A stretch of DNA of 64,000 nt, taken from positions 19,051-83,050 of the forward strand of contig CAJMMN010000006.1 in assembly GCA_905214525.1 (NCBI GenBank), in the 5' to 3' direction. Made by a program: the position numbers and the translations under genes. Of the stretch, positions 1-9,418 are shown one piece after another. How positions within the stretch are numbered: position 1 is the first letter of the stretch; each line of letters opens with the position of its first letter. A model generated the notes under the pieces. The model searched no databases and had not been told where the DNA came from. It worked only from the letters and a program-made list of their open reading frames with translations. Source of the stretch: an uncultured bacterium. Lineage in GTDB: Bacteria; Actinomycetota; Coriobacteriia; Coriobacteriales; Coriobacteriaceae.

Positions 1-1
1 C

Positions 2-910
2 TTGCCGCTCGACCTCAAAGTTCTAACGCGCGACCTGCAGGAAGTCTATGCCACGCCGGCGTCAAAGCCAATGCCGGTAGGCGTGCGCGAGGAGTTGCGG
101 ACCCAGGAGCACGGCCACGCCCATGCCTTTGCTGTGGCGTCCGATCCCGATGTGGTGTACCGTGCCTTTCCACTGCTGGGCGGATCGGCCCTGCTTGCCC
201 AAGACGTGTCGGATCTCAACGAGCTTAACCGTGAACTGGCACATCGTCGCATGGAACTGCAGCGTCAAAACGAGCTGCTCGCCGCCGACTACGACCTTAA
301 GACGCACCTGGCAGATCAAGAGGCCGAGACCTTACTGGTCCAAGACGTGGACCAAGCGCTTGCCCGTGCGCTCGAAGGGATGTACGACCTGCTGAGCTCG
401 CTGCCGCCGTTGACCGATGAGGCGTCTTCGCACGAGCGTTACCGCATGCTGCAGCGCGCCAAGATGCTCGTCGCCTATTGCAAACGCAAGGGGTCGCTCA
501 CGTTGGCACAGCACGGGGAGAGCGGTTTTGACCGCGACCGCATTCAGCTCATCGCCAACGAGCTTGCAAGTGACCTGCGCACCATCGATGTCGATTGCGC
601 CTCGATTATCGCCATACGGCGCCCGATGCACGCCAGTACGGTAAGCGCCCTGTACGACTGCGTGTATGACTTTGCGTTTTTTGCCTACACCACCGACCAT
701 CCGGCGCTTATGTATCACTTGGGCGACCATGACCGGTGCAGTGTCGAGCTGCGCGCCACGCTTTTTTCCAACGATGATGAAGATCTTTCGCAGACGCCCG
801 CTGCGCAAGAGCTCGAAAGCGCTCTGCAAGGGCGCAACGTGGCATACCGCCTTGAGGGCGAGCCCGGCCAGCTGCGCATGATCGTCTTGATGCCGAGGGC
901 GGGTGAGTGA
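2..910 (+). CDS. Sensor-kinase-like protein, 5'-truncated by the window edge; degenerate paralog of the downstream histidine kinase
   Basis: The ORF is open to the window edge. A coiled-coil segment is followed by LLVQDVDQALARAL, which aligns by eye with the H-box ARVHDVIGQRLSIL of the next gene but has Gln where the phospho-acceptor His should be. No N-box or G-box is recognisable. The stop overlaps the next gene's start. Confidence 0.5.
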   Translation: MPLDLKVLTRDLQEVYATPASKPMPVGVREELRTQEHGHAHAFAVASDPDVVYRAFPLLGGSALLAQDVSDLNELNRELAHRRMELQRQNELLAADYDLKTHLADQEAETLLVQDVDQALARALEGMYDLLSSLPPLTDEASSHERYRMLQRAKMLVAYCKRKGSLTLAQHGESGFDRDRIQLIANELASDLRTIDVDCASIIAIRRPMHASTVSALYDCVYDFAFFAYTTDHPALMYHLGDHDRCSVELRATLFSNDDEDLSQTPAAQELESALQGRNVAYRLEGEPGQLRMIVLMPRAGE

Positions 911-2406
911 CGATGCAGATTTCGTTCATCCTTCCCCAAATCGTTGCGCTCGATGTTGTCTTTGCCCTGGCTGCGTGTCTGCAGATGATCCACGTCCCGC
1001 TCATCGCATCGCGCCGCTCGTCCTATAACCGTAAGGTGATTTGCGCCTACGAGACGAGCCTTGTGCTTCACCTGATGATTTCGGCGCTCATCTTATTCGC
1101 GTCGTCTGGCTCGTATCTGGTGGCGCCGCTTGACGTTTGCGCCAGGGCAATGGGCGGAGTGCTGTGGCTCAATGCCGCGATCTTTGTCTATGGCGTGGTC
1201 CTTATGGTGCGCTATCGTCGCCCTGTCATGCTGGCCGAGCTGCTGCTTGTTGGCGCCGTGACACCGCCGGTGGTTTTTGCCATGGGCCCGGCGTGGGCCG
1301 TTGTCCTTATCGCAGAGGGAGCGTTCTTCCTGTTCCGCTCCATCGCGGCGCTCTTGATGGACGTCCGTAACCGCCAAGAGGATATCACCGCGTTCTCGAC
1401 GATTGAAACCATCAACGTGATTCCCGTGGGCATCCTGTATCTGGACTCGAGGGGCCGTCCACTGCTCATGAACCGCTGCATGCGCAAAAACCTGGTGGAG
1501 CTTCATATGCCCACCGACCTAGGCGATATGAGCGGTACATGGAACGACCTGCGCAAGCTCAGCATGCAAATGCCCGAAGGCGGTAAGAACCGCGTGCGGA
1601 TCAACCTGGACCGCTTTGGTGAGGCGCGTGCGGTGGTCGAGGTTTCTCCCGCCGAGATTCGCCTGTTTGTGTGCGATGACGTTATGGTCTCGGGCCGTTC
1701 GTTCGAGCGCATAATCGGTCTGGACGTGACAGAGTATGCGCATGCGCATGACCGCCTGGCACAGGCCAACCACCTGCTTGAGCTTGCGGGCCAAGAGCTC
1801 CAGGCCCAGATCGAAGAAGTCAAAAAAGTTGCCGACAATGCGGCCTATCTGCGCATGCGCGCCCGCGTTCACGATGTGATCGGCCAGCGCCTATCAATCC
1901 TTCATCGCTATTTGGAGGAGGGGCGCTTGGACGACGAGTCGCTCGAGCAGATCGACCCGCTGCTGCGCTCAATCGCTGCCGATCTGCGCAGCGGGGGCGA
2001 CACCGAACCGGCAGAGCAACTGGGCGATATCGTCCATGCTTTTGGCCTGGTGAGCGTGCAGATCGATGTTGAGGGTGCGCTGCCTGAGGACGCGCGTGTC
2101 GCCGCCGCCTTTTTGCAGATTATCCGCGAGGCCTCGACCAACGCCACCAAGCATGCGCAGGCGCATCGGGTCCGTGTGCGCTTGTGGCAGGAGAGGACGG
2201 ATGCTGACGCCGTCGCGCACATGACGATTTCTAACGACGGGTCCCCGGCCCCCGTATCGTATCGCGAGGGAACGGGTATCCCAGGTATGAGGCATGTCGC
2301 GCAAGATCTGGGTGGCAGCCTAGAGGTCCACGCCACCCCGCCCTTTACGCTTACGGTATCCATTCCGCTTAACGCCAACGACACGTCCCAAAGGAGAAAC
2401 TCATGA
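907..2406 (+). CDS. Membrane sensor histidine kinase, HisKA_3 (NarX/DesK-like) class
   Basis: About 5 N-terminal hydrophobic helices. H-box RVHDVIGQRLSILHRY, N-box EASTNATKHAQA, G-box GTGIPGMRH. 4-nt overlap with the downstream LuxR-type regulator. Start is GTG 907 or ATG 913. Confidence 0.85.
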   Translation: MTMQISFILPQIVALDVVFALAACLQMIHVPLIASRRSSYNRKVICAYETSLVLHLMISALILFASSGSYLVAPLDVCARAMGGVLWLNAAIFVYGVVLMVRYRRPVMLAELLLVGAVTPPVVFAMGPAWAVVLIAEGAFFLFRSIAALLMDVRNRQEDITAFSTIETINVIPVGILYLDSRGRPLLMNRCMRKNLVELHMPTDLGDMSGTWNDLRKLSMQMPEGGKNRVRINLDRFGEARAVVEVSPAEIRLFVCDDVMVSGRSFERIIGLDVTEYAHAHDRLAQANHLLELAGQELQAQIEEVKKVADNAAYLRMRARVHDVIGQRLSILHRYLEEGRLDDESLEQIDPLLRSIAADLRSGGDTEPAEQLGDIVHAFGLVSVQIDVEGALPEDARVAAAFLQIIREASTNATKHAQAHRVRVRLWQERTDADAVAHMTISNDGSPAPVSYREGTGIPGMRHVAQDLGGSLEVHATPPFTLTVSIPLNANDTSQRRNS

Positions 2407-3023
2407 TCCGCGTGTTAATTGTCGAAGATCAGGCCATCCTGCGCGAGAGCCTGGCGCGCTCCGTTGGCGACCTGCCCGATATGACCGTCGTTGCCGCGAT
2501 CGCCGATGCCTCCGAGGCCTTGGGTGTCGCGCTCAAGGAGCGCCCGGACATGATACTGATGGACGTGTGCACCGAACACGATTCAAACGGCATCGTGGCG
2601 GCGGCACGCATCAAGGAGCAGCTGCCCGAGTGTCGCATCATTATCATGACAGGCATGCCCGAGATCACCTTTGTCGATCAGGCCCGCGAGGCGGGCGTCG
2701 ACAGCTTTGTGTACAAGAACGTCGGTATCGACGAGCTATTCGCCGTGATGCGCTCCACGCTGGCGGGTTACTGCACGTTTCCCAAGCCGCCCGAGAGCAT
2801 CTTCTCGGGCACGGCGGCCCTCGACGATGTCGAGCTGTCGATCTTGCGCCTTGCCTGCGAGGGTAAAAGCCGCCGCGAGATTGCGGCCGAGCTGTTTATG
2901 AGCGAGGGCACCATCAAGCGCCGCATCTCGGAGATCCTGAGCAAGACCGGCTACGACAACATCATGCGCCTGGCCGTGCATGCGGTGACCGAGGGCAGCA
3001 TCGTTCCCAACATGGAGCGCTAG
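2403..3023 (+). CDS. Response regulator, NarL/LuxR family (REC + LuxR-type HTH)
   Basis: MIRVLIVEDQ...DMILMDV receiver motifs. C-terminal LSILRLACEGKSRREIAAELFMSEGTIKRRISEIL LuxR HTH. Translationally coupled to the kinase. Confidence 0.9.
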   Translation: MIRVLIVEDQAILRESLARSVGDLPDMTVVAAIADASEALGVALKERPDMILMDVCTEHDSNGIVAAARIKEQLPECRIIIMTGMPEITFVDQAREAGVDSFVYKNVGIDELFAVMRSTLAGYCTFPKPPESIFSGTAALDDVELSILRLACEGKSRREIAAELFMSEGTIKRRISEILSKTGYDNIMRLAVHAVTEGSIVPNMER

Positions 3024-3052
3024 CGCTCGTTACGCACCGGCATAAAAGCGGC

Positions 3053-3081
3053 GGGGCCGCAGGATCATCTCCTGCGGCCCC
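3053..3081. terminator. GC-rich hairpin between the convergent response-regulator and lipoprotein genes
   Basis: GGGGCCGCAGGA-atcatc-TCCTGCGGCCCC. A T-run follows on the minus strand (GCTTTTATG). Confidence 0.65.
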
Positions 3082-3132
3082 GTCTGGTGTGCGCGGATGT
3101 GTCCGCCAATCCGCGGCTGTCGTGGTCTACCG

Positions 3133-3975
3133 CTACGCGATGGTTGCGCTGTAGGAGGCGACGTCCTCGTAGGAATCGGTCAGGTAGGCGTCGATGCCGA
3201 TGGTCGTGTTGACCAGGTCGTCAAGGCTGTCAAGCTCGCCGCTCGAGAACGTGAATTCCTCGGTGGCGTTGGTGCCGGGCATCAGGTGAGCCGAGAACCA
3301 GGGTTCCTTCATGGTGCCGTTGACGTTGGTCTTGCCGGAAGGAGCGTAGAAGGTCAGGTCCTTGTCGCTCTTGTTGGTGATGTTGACGACAAAACCGATG
3401 TCGCCCCACTCGTCCTTGAACTTCTCGGTGATGGTGATGGTGCACAGGTCGTCATCGGCAACGGTGACGGCGGGGGAGATTTCAATCTTCTGGACGTCGT
3501 CGTCTTCGACGGCCTCGTCGATCTCTTCTTCCTTCTCGGCCGCCTCGCGATCCTTCTTCACCGTGCCGGACAGGTCCTTGTCGGACTTGGTAAAGACAAG
3601 ATTGCCGTCATCCTCTTCGAGGATGAGCTTGCCGTCCTTGAGCTTCATGTCATGCGACTCGTCTTCGGCGGTGATGGTTACGGTGGTGGCGTCCTTTGCC
3701 TCCCATTTAAGGTCGACGACTTCAAGGAACAGGTCGAGGGCACCTGTACCGTCCTCATCGAGAATCAGGACGCAGTGCACACCCCAATCCTCGAGCATCT
3801 TCATGTACTCATCGGTCAGCTCTTCGCCCTCCATGGTTCCACCCGAGAGTTCCCAGCTGCCGACGAAGTTGGCCTTGGGGTCTTTGCCGCCGCCGCTGCA
3901 GCCCGTCAGGGCAAAGGCGAGCGCAAGGACGCATGTCAGAAATGCGAGTACGGACTTTTTGAACGTTGTCTTCAT
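3133..3975 (-). CDS. Lipoprotein, unknown function
   Basis: Signal peptide with lipobox LTGC (MKTTFKKSVLAFLTCVLALAFALTGCSGG). Acidic mature protein. Last gene of the minus-strand SPFH/zinc-ribbon cluster. Confidence 0.7.
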   Translation of the reverse strand: MKTTFKKSVLAFLTCVLALAFALTGCSGGGKDPKANFVGSWELSGGTMEGEELTDEYMKMLEDWGVHCVLILDEDGTGALDLFLEVVDLKWEAKDATTVTITAEDESHDMKLKDGKLILEEDDGNLVFTKSDKDLSGTVKKDREAAEKEEEIDEAVEDDDVQKIEISPAVTVADDDLCTITITEKFKDEWGDIGFVVNITNKSDKDLTFYAPSGKTNVNGTMKEPWFSAHLMPGTNATEEFTFSSGELDSLDDLVNTTIGIDAYLTDSYEDVASYSATIA

Positions 3976-4055
3976 GGTGTCCTCCTTTATCGAACGAAAC
4001 CCATAGAAGCAAATGCGGGGGTGGCGGATCCCCCGCTAATTACCAGATAGAGGGG

Positions 4056-5297
4056 CTAGGGCCTGGGCGTTCCGCAGTTGCTGCAGAACTTGCCGCCGTT
4101 TTCGCTGCCGCAGTTGGGGCAGAACCACTTGGCCGGTGCCGGGGCGGGTGCGGGACTGCCGCACTCGGAGCAGAACTTGCCGGTGTTGGTGGCGCCGCAG
4201 CTGCAGGTCCATGTGCCGGCCGCGGGGGCAGCGGCAGGAGCCGGTGCGGGAGCGGGTGCCGGAGCCGGCTGCGGGGCGGCCTGCTGCTGTGCCTGGCCGG
4301 CGGCGAACAGCTGGCTGGCGTTCATGCCGCCCATGCCACCTGCCATGCCCATGCCCATAAAGCCTGCCATCGCGCCGTTGGGATTGGCGGCTGCCGCGCG
4401 CATTGCGTCGCTCTGGGCGCTGGCAATGTTGGCTGCCGCCATAGTGGGATCGCGCATGACGGCGACTTTCTGCAGGTCCTTGATCATCTGCTCGTCTTCT
4501 TGCGAGGCTGCGATGGAGTTGACGCCAAAGCTCACGATCTCGACACCACGCAGGTCGCGCCAGTCGGCAGAGAGGACCTCGTTGAGCGCGCGGGCGAGCT
4601 CGGTGGTGTGACCGGGGATGGCGCTGTAGCGAATGCCCATCTCCGAGATCTTGGCAAAGGCGGGCTGCAGGGCGGTGAGCAGCTCGGACTTAAGCTGGCT
4701 GTCGATCTTGTCGCGCGTGTAGCTATCGGTCACGTTGCCGCACACGTTGGTGTAGAACAGCAGCGGGTTGGTGATGCGGTACGAATACTCGCCGTTGCAA
4801 CGCACGGAGATGTCGACGTCCAGGCCAATGTTGTTATCGACCACGCGGAAGGGCACAGGCGAGGCGGTACCGTACTTGTTGCCGATGATCTCCTTGGTGT
4901 TGATGAAGTAGACACGCTGGTCTTTGCCCGCGTCGCCGCCAAAAGTAAAGCGGCTGCCGATATTGGCGAAGGTCTCCTTGATGGAATCGCCCAGGTTGCC
5001 GCTAAAGACGCTCGGCTCGCTGCCGGTATCGAAGACGAACTCACCAGGCTCCAGCGCGACTTCGATGATCTTGCCGTTTTGCACCACGAGCATGCCCTGG
5101 CCGTCGTTGACGGCGATGACGGAGCCGTTGGAGATGACGTTGTCCTCGCCGCGCGTGTTGGAGCTGCGGCCACCGGTGCGCTTGCTGCCCTTGCAGGCCA
5201 AGACGTCAGCAGGCATCGATTCGCAATAGATAAATTCCTTCCACTGGTCGGCCATGACGCCGCCGGCAGCACCCAATCCAGCTTTCAAGAGTCCCAT
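4056..5297 (-). CDS. SPFH (stomatin/prohibitin-like) protein with two C-terminal zinc ribbons (COG4260 / B. subtilis YdjI-like)
   Basis: The N-terminus MGLLKAGLGAAGGVMADQWKEFIY is typical of this family. A PA-rich linker is followed by WTCSCGATNTGKFCSECG and WFCPNCGSENGGKFCSNCG. Confidence 0.7.
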   Translation of the reverse strand: MGLLKAGLGAAGGVMADQWKEFIYCESMPADVLACKGSKRTGGRSSNTRGEDNVISNGSVIAVNDGQGMLVVQNGKIIEVALEPGEFVFDTGSEPSVFSGNLGDSIKETFANIGSRFTFGGDAGKDQRVYFINTKEIIGNKYGTASPVPFRVVDNNIGLDVDISVRCNGEYSYRITNPLLFYTNVCGNVTDSYTRDKIDSQLKSELLTALQPAFAKISEMGIRYSAIPGHTTELARALNEVLSADWRDLRGVEIVSFGVNSIAASQEDEQMIKDLQKVAVMRDPTMAAANIASAQSDAMRAAAANPNGAMAGFMGMGMAGGMGGMNASQLFAAGQAQQQAAPQPAPAPAPAPAPAAAPAAGTWTCSCGATNTGKFCSECGSPAPAPAPAKWFCPNCGSENGGKFCSNCGTPRP

Positions 5298-5345
5298 GGT
5301 GATCTTCCTTTCTCGTCAAAGGCCGGGTGGTATTGGTCAGGATGG

Positions 5346-6668
5346 TTAGTCGTCCTTGTCGTCTTTCATGACAACGGTGGTCTCGGTGTGGCTGAAGGTG
5401 TCGTGCTTCTCGGTCAGGTCGAGCTCGCCGCAGTACTCGTCGGCGTGGGCGGCCTCGTTGGCCGTCTTGAGCTGGCCTACCAGTAGCACGTCTCCGATAA
5501 TCACGATGATCAGCGGCGCGATGATGTTGATGAGAATGCCCTCGACATCGAAGGTGAGGTAATCTGGATCGAAGGCGTATTCTCCCATAAAGAGAACCTG
5601 GGAGAGGATAAATCCGATCACAAAGAACAGCACCGAGGCAATAGCGAGCTTGGGCTTGGAGCAGGGGAGCTCGCCGACCAAGCGGCCGGTCTGGCCGTTC
5701 ATGGCAAACAGGTAGCTCTTGCCGTTCCACGAGGTGGAGAGCATCCAGACGGGGAACAGGGCGTAGTCGCTGTCTTCCCAGGTGTAGTCGAGCTGCTTGC
5801 TTTCGACCGTGGCATCGTCATATTCGTCGACGACGGTCTCGCGCAGGGCCGAGATCGTGCTCTCCTCCATGCGGCGCTCGGCGCGCGCCTTGCACGTCTC
5901 GCAATCCTCATCGTAACGGTTGGCGATGTAGCCGGGCATATAGGCGACCGAGAACGGGCGCAACGCGTCGTAGTCAAACGGCTCGATGGCGTCCATGTGG
6001 CCGTCGGGCATCTTGGACGATCCGTCGACGGGCACGCGCTTAAACGAGATATTGCCCTTGCGATAGGCATCGTAGTGGTCGGTGGTCGTGACGGTGCGAT
6101 CGGATTCCTCGGTCACGGTCTCGTTGGTCGCGTCAAAATACACTTCGCCGTCAACGCGGGCGCCGTAGAGCCAAAACGGCACGTAGACACCTTGGACCTC
6201 GTCGATGTGGTTGCCGGTGACAAAGCTCTTGGGCAGCAAGATCTTGCCCTTATAGTGTTCCTTGAGTGCGGCCGTGACATCGTCGCGCCCGAGCTTAAAC
6301 GGAATCACCAGGTCGGGCGAGAAGTCGCCAGAGAGCTGGCCGGGCGCCACGGCGGAGTTACCGCAGTACGGGCAGGTGGTGACGGCGACGGTGCCGTCGG
6401 ACACGAGCTCGGCGCCGCACGACGAGCAGATGTAGCCGGCGTTTTGGGCGAGCTCCTGCACCGCGTCGTCGGCGACGGGCTTGGGCGTTGCGGCTGCCGC
6501 ATCGGCTTTGGCATCTGCCTTGTCCTGGCGCTCGCGATAGAGGGCCTCGACTTCTTCGACTTCAAAGCGCGAGTCACAGTAGTCGCAGACGAGCTTTTGC
6601 TCGGCACTGGCAAAATGCAGGGGACCACCGCAGGCAGGGCACTGATAGTTAACGCTCTCGAAGGCCAC
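5346..6668 (-). CDS. Multi-zinc-ribbon membrane protein (YdjG-like architecture)
   Basis: Two N-terminal CxxC..CxxC ribbons (YQCPACGG..VCDYCDS and YICSSCGA..TCPYCGN). Large central domain and two C-terminal hydrophobic helices. Confidence 0.65.
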   Translation of the reverse strand: MAFESVNYQCPACGGPLHFASAEQKLVCDYCDSRFEVEEVEALYRERQDKADAKADAAAATPKPVADDAVQELAQNAGYICSSCGAELVSDGTVAVTTCPYCGNSAVAPGQLSGDFSPDLVIPFKLGRDDVTAALKEHYKGKILLPKSFVTGNHIDEVQGVYVPFWLYGARVDGEVYFDATNETVTEESDRTVTTTDHYDAYRKGNISFKRVPVDGSSKMPDGHMDAIEPFDYDALRPFSVAYMPGYIANRYDEDCETCKARAERRMEESTISALRETVVDEYDDATVESKQLDYTWEDSDYALFPVWMLSTSWNGKSYLFAMNGQTGRLVGELPCSKPKLAIASVLFFVIGFILSQVLFMGEYAFDPDYLTFDVEGILINIIAPLIIVIIGDVLLVGQLKTANEAAHADEYCGELDLTEKHDTFSHTETTVVMKDDKDD

Positions 6669-6692
6669 GATCGGTCCTTTCCGTGCCGGAGG

Positions 6693-7430
6693 CTATGCGC
6701 CGATGGCGCCGCCGCAGTATTCGCAGCGCCCACTGGCATCGGGAATGGTGGTGGCTCCGCAGAAGGGGCAGGTCACCGCGGTCTTGGGGGCCTTGGCGGC
6801 CACGACGCTGTCGCGCGTCTCCTGGCGCAGCTGCACCAGCGCGTCGCGGACCTCGGTTGCCTGGCGCTTGGCCTCGCGGTATTCGATGGAGCCGCGCTGA
6901 TCGATGGTGGAGTCGTTTACGCGCAGGTTGATCTCGGTAAAGTACGGCGTGTTGACGTGGATGGTCAGATTAAAGTCGTAATCCAGGTCGTAGCGCGGCG
7001 GGTTGTAGCTCTCGCGCTCGCCGTCCTCGGTCTCGCGATAGATCTCGGTGCGATGCTCGTCGATATCCATATCGCAGCCGAGTACCTGCGAGAACTCGAT
7101 GATGTCGGGATTGGCGTCGCGCCAGCGGCTCTGCGAGGTAATGATCAGCAGGCCCGCGTCCTCGTCGAGCATGATGTTGGTGCGCCCGGCAGAAAGCGTG
7201 CGCGTGGGGTTGAACGACGCCAGGCGCTCGGCATTGGCCTCGCGGTAGGCGAGCTGCTCGCGGATATCGTCCGCGGTGCTGGAGCGATAGCCGTGAAAGT
7301 AGGGGGAGAGCTTGCCGGCGCACTCTTTGCACAGGTAGCCTTCATTGATTTTTGTCTTACCTAGAAGTCCCAGCTCGGTACCGCAAATCGCGCACTCTTT
7401 CTTCTCGAACATCTTGTCAAAGAAGCCCAT
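6693..7430 (-). CDS. Zinc-ribbon protein (DUF4428-like N-terminus, second ribbon at C-terminus)
   Basis: MGFFDKMFEKKECAICG..YLCKECAGKL at the N-terminus and VTCPFCGA..CEYCGG at the C-terminus. First gene of the minus-strand cluster. Confidence 0.65.
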   Translation of the reverse strand: MGFFDKMFEKKECAICGTELGLLGKTKINEGYLCKECAGKLSPYFHGYRSSTADDIREQLAYREANAERLASFNPTRTLSAGRTNIMLDEDAGLLIITSQSRWRDANPDIIEFSQVLGCDMDIDEHRTEIYRETEDGERESYNPPRYDLDYDFNLTIHVNTPYFTEINLRVNDSTIDQRGSIEYREAKRQATEVRDALVQLRQETRDSVVAAKAPKTAVTCPFCGATTIPDASGRCEYCGGAIGA

Positions 7431-7550
7431 GGCTGCCTCCCATCAACTGGTAGCGTGGTCACTTTTGATGATGGGGGAGTGCGCAGCCTTTCACGATACC
7501 CAGACGGCTCAAGGAGTCTCCACAACTGGGACACATGGCCCATTTTTCCT

Positions 7551-7610
7551 ACTCATTGGGGACGTACTTAAATGAGTGAAACTACTCATTTAAGTACGTC
7601 CCCAATGAGT
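7551..7610. repeat. Family A hairpin motif as a perfect 27-bp inverted dimer (ACTCATTGGGGACGTACTTAAATGAGT, 6-nt spacer)
   Basis: Arms at 7551-7577 and 7584-7610 are exact reverse complements. The same motif forms the right end of Family C copies 1 and 3 and also occurs at 14436-14462. Confidence 0.9.
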
Positions 7611-7621
7611 ACCCGTAGAAT

Positions 7622-7720
7622 GAGAGTGGATAATTTCCCATTTTTGGCCTGCTTGTGGGCTCAAAGTGAGAGATTATCCACTCTCGTCATTTGGACGTCC
7701 AAAAATCCTTGCTCGTTTGG
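7622..7720 (+). repeat. Family B element, copy 1 (GAGAGTGGATAAT..ATTATCCACTCTC inverted repeat + GTCCAAAAATCC..GCTCGT tail)
   Basis: 18-bp arms at 7622-7639 and 7668-7685 with 2 mismatches. Homologous to 19436-19530. Confidence 0.8.
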
Positions 7721-7777
7721 CGCCTGGGGACACTCTTTGTCGAATGCGGCGGCTGCCGAATGTGGGCGCCGTCCTTG

Positions 7778-9289
7778 CTATGCCACGGTTACGGCGACCT
7801 GGGCGTAGCGGCTGCAGGGGCGCTCGGCGCGCGTCTGCACGGTAAGGGTGAGCACAAGGCGGTCGCCGGGCCGCGCGTCGGCGGGCACGATGAAAGCGGT
7901 GTCTACCGTGCATTCTTGCCACAGCGACAGATCCTGGGCGCCTGCATAGCTCGACGGGTCCACGGCGACATCCCAATGTACATCGAAGCCCTTGCCGTCG
8001 GGGTCGACGATGGTCGCTGTAAGGTCGACGCGCTCGCCGGCTGTGGCGCTGCGGTCGGCCGTGGTCTCGACAACATGCGCCGGATGCGAGCAGGCTGCCG
8101 GATCATGGGCACACCATTGCGCGCGGGCGGCAAAGTCTTCCTGATAGGCACGCAGATAGGGATTGAGATTGTCGTCTGCGGGCGTGCCGATGGAGGCAAA
8201 ACCGGCGGGCGCGTTCGCATCGGGATGCCCATCAAAAAACATGCGTCCCAGCAGCGTATCGAAGCCGCGGTCGTCGATACCGCGCAGGCCAAACGGCAGC
8301 AGCGGAATATAGGTCATGCTGTCGCCTTCGGCCATAAAATCGCCGCGCTCAAACTGCATCGCGGGCATGCCTTCCAGGCCCCAATCCAGACGGGCATGCT
8401 TGCCAAACTGAAAGCGCTCAGGCTCGTTTTCGTAGACCTTACCATCGCCATAGAGCATATAGCGTGCCATGAGGGGGCCGTTGCCCTGCGTGAGATTCTG
8501 CTCGGGCCAGGGAGCCTTAAACAGCGGCAGCGTATCGGGCTGAGCTGTTTTGGCGTCGAAATAGTTGCCATACATATAGGGCGTACGCCAAAAGATGAGC
8601 TCGGGAAAGAGCTCGCGCCCATGGTCGAGCCACGAGTTGTCCTGTCCCACGCCATCGGCAACGCCCATCACGCGCACCTTCTGATAGACCTGCTGCTGCA
8701 CGGCGGGCCACTCGGGCGTGGCGCGATAGCGCTCGGCAATACTCATGAGGGCGCGAACGATCGTATTCATACCACCCCAGCTGAGCAACCATAACGTACG
8801 CGGATCATCATCTAAAATCGCCTGCGCAATTACGCGAGACCCCTCAGTTTCCTCAGTCACATCACCCTCAAAGGCAACATTTCCCACAAAGGTGCGCTCG
8901 ATCATCTGGGCGGGCGTGGGAAACGGCGGCTCACCGGCAGCGGCCGCATTTGCTTGCAACTGCGGCCAAGCCTGGGCATATTCATTACTCCAGAGACTCT
9001 CAATCCAATGCTCGGGAAACGGCCGATACTCACGAAGCTCGCCGGCTAGCGGATCGGGCTCATGAGGCACAACAGCCCACTCATAAGAGCGCCGCCCTTT
9101 GGTCCGCCAATGCGAATTCACCTCGCCGAGCGTATGAACCCCATCCCCAAGAAAGTGATACTGCGAAGCCGTATACACCACAGCCTGAACATCAAGCAAG
9201 TTGAGATACAGAGCCAAATGAACAAGCGAGTTCATATCATCGACTTCCATATCAGTGGTAACAATCACTCGAGTCAACTTCTGGGACAT
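7778..9289 (-). CDS. DUF1593-type nucleoside-hydrolase-like protein with C-terminal Ig-like domain
   Basis: RVIVTTDMEVDDMNSLVHLALYLNLLDVQAVV resembles the DUF1593 N-terminal motif. Start moved to ATG 9289 (MSQKLTR), which has GGAG 8-11 nt upstream. The ORF extends to 9313. Confidence 0.6.
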   Translation of the reverse strand: MSQKLTRVIVTTDMEVDDMNSLVHLALYLNLLDVQAVVYTASQYHFLGDGVHTLGEVNSHWRTKGRRSYEWAVVPHEPDPLAGELREYRPFPEHWIESLWSNEYAQAWPQLQANAAAAGEPPFPTPAQMIERTFVGNVAFEGDVTEETEGSRVIAQAILDDDPRTLWLLSWGGMNTIVRALMSIAERYRATPEWPAVQQQVYQKVRVMGVADGVGQDNSWLDHGRELFPELIFWRTPYMYGNYFDAKTAQPDTLPLFKAPWPEQNLTQGNGPLMARYMLYGDGKVYENEPERFQFGKHARLDWGLEGMPAMQFERGDFMAEGDSMTYIPLLPFGLRGIDDRGFDTLLGRMFFDGHPDANAPAGFASIGTPADDNLNPYLRAYQEDFAARAQWCAHDPAACSHPAHVVETTADRSATAGERVDLTATIVDPDGKGFDVHWDVAVDPSSYAGAQDLSLWQECTVDTAFIVPADARPGDRLVLTLTVQTRAERPCSRYAQVAVTVA

Positions 9290-9418
9290 AGGAACAGCTC
9301 CAATCAAAATCAATTCAGCCAGTTACGCGCAAGGCAAGACGGGACCCACGCCCCCATCGCCCGCGACCCGGCGGCCCGCCGGAAGCGGCCGACCAGCGTT
9401 TCGAACAACGTTAACTTA

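Noticed and set aside
3097-7364. Long plus-strand ORFs (3097-4050, 3966-5486, 5997-7364) antisense to the lipoprotein / SPFH / zinc-ribbon genes
   Set aside because: Their translations are Gly/Ala/Val/Arg/Asp-rich low-complexity strings with no motifs. They mirror minus-strand genes that have clear signal peptides, zinc ribbons and RBSs. This is the typical antisense open frame of high-GC DNA.
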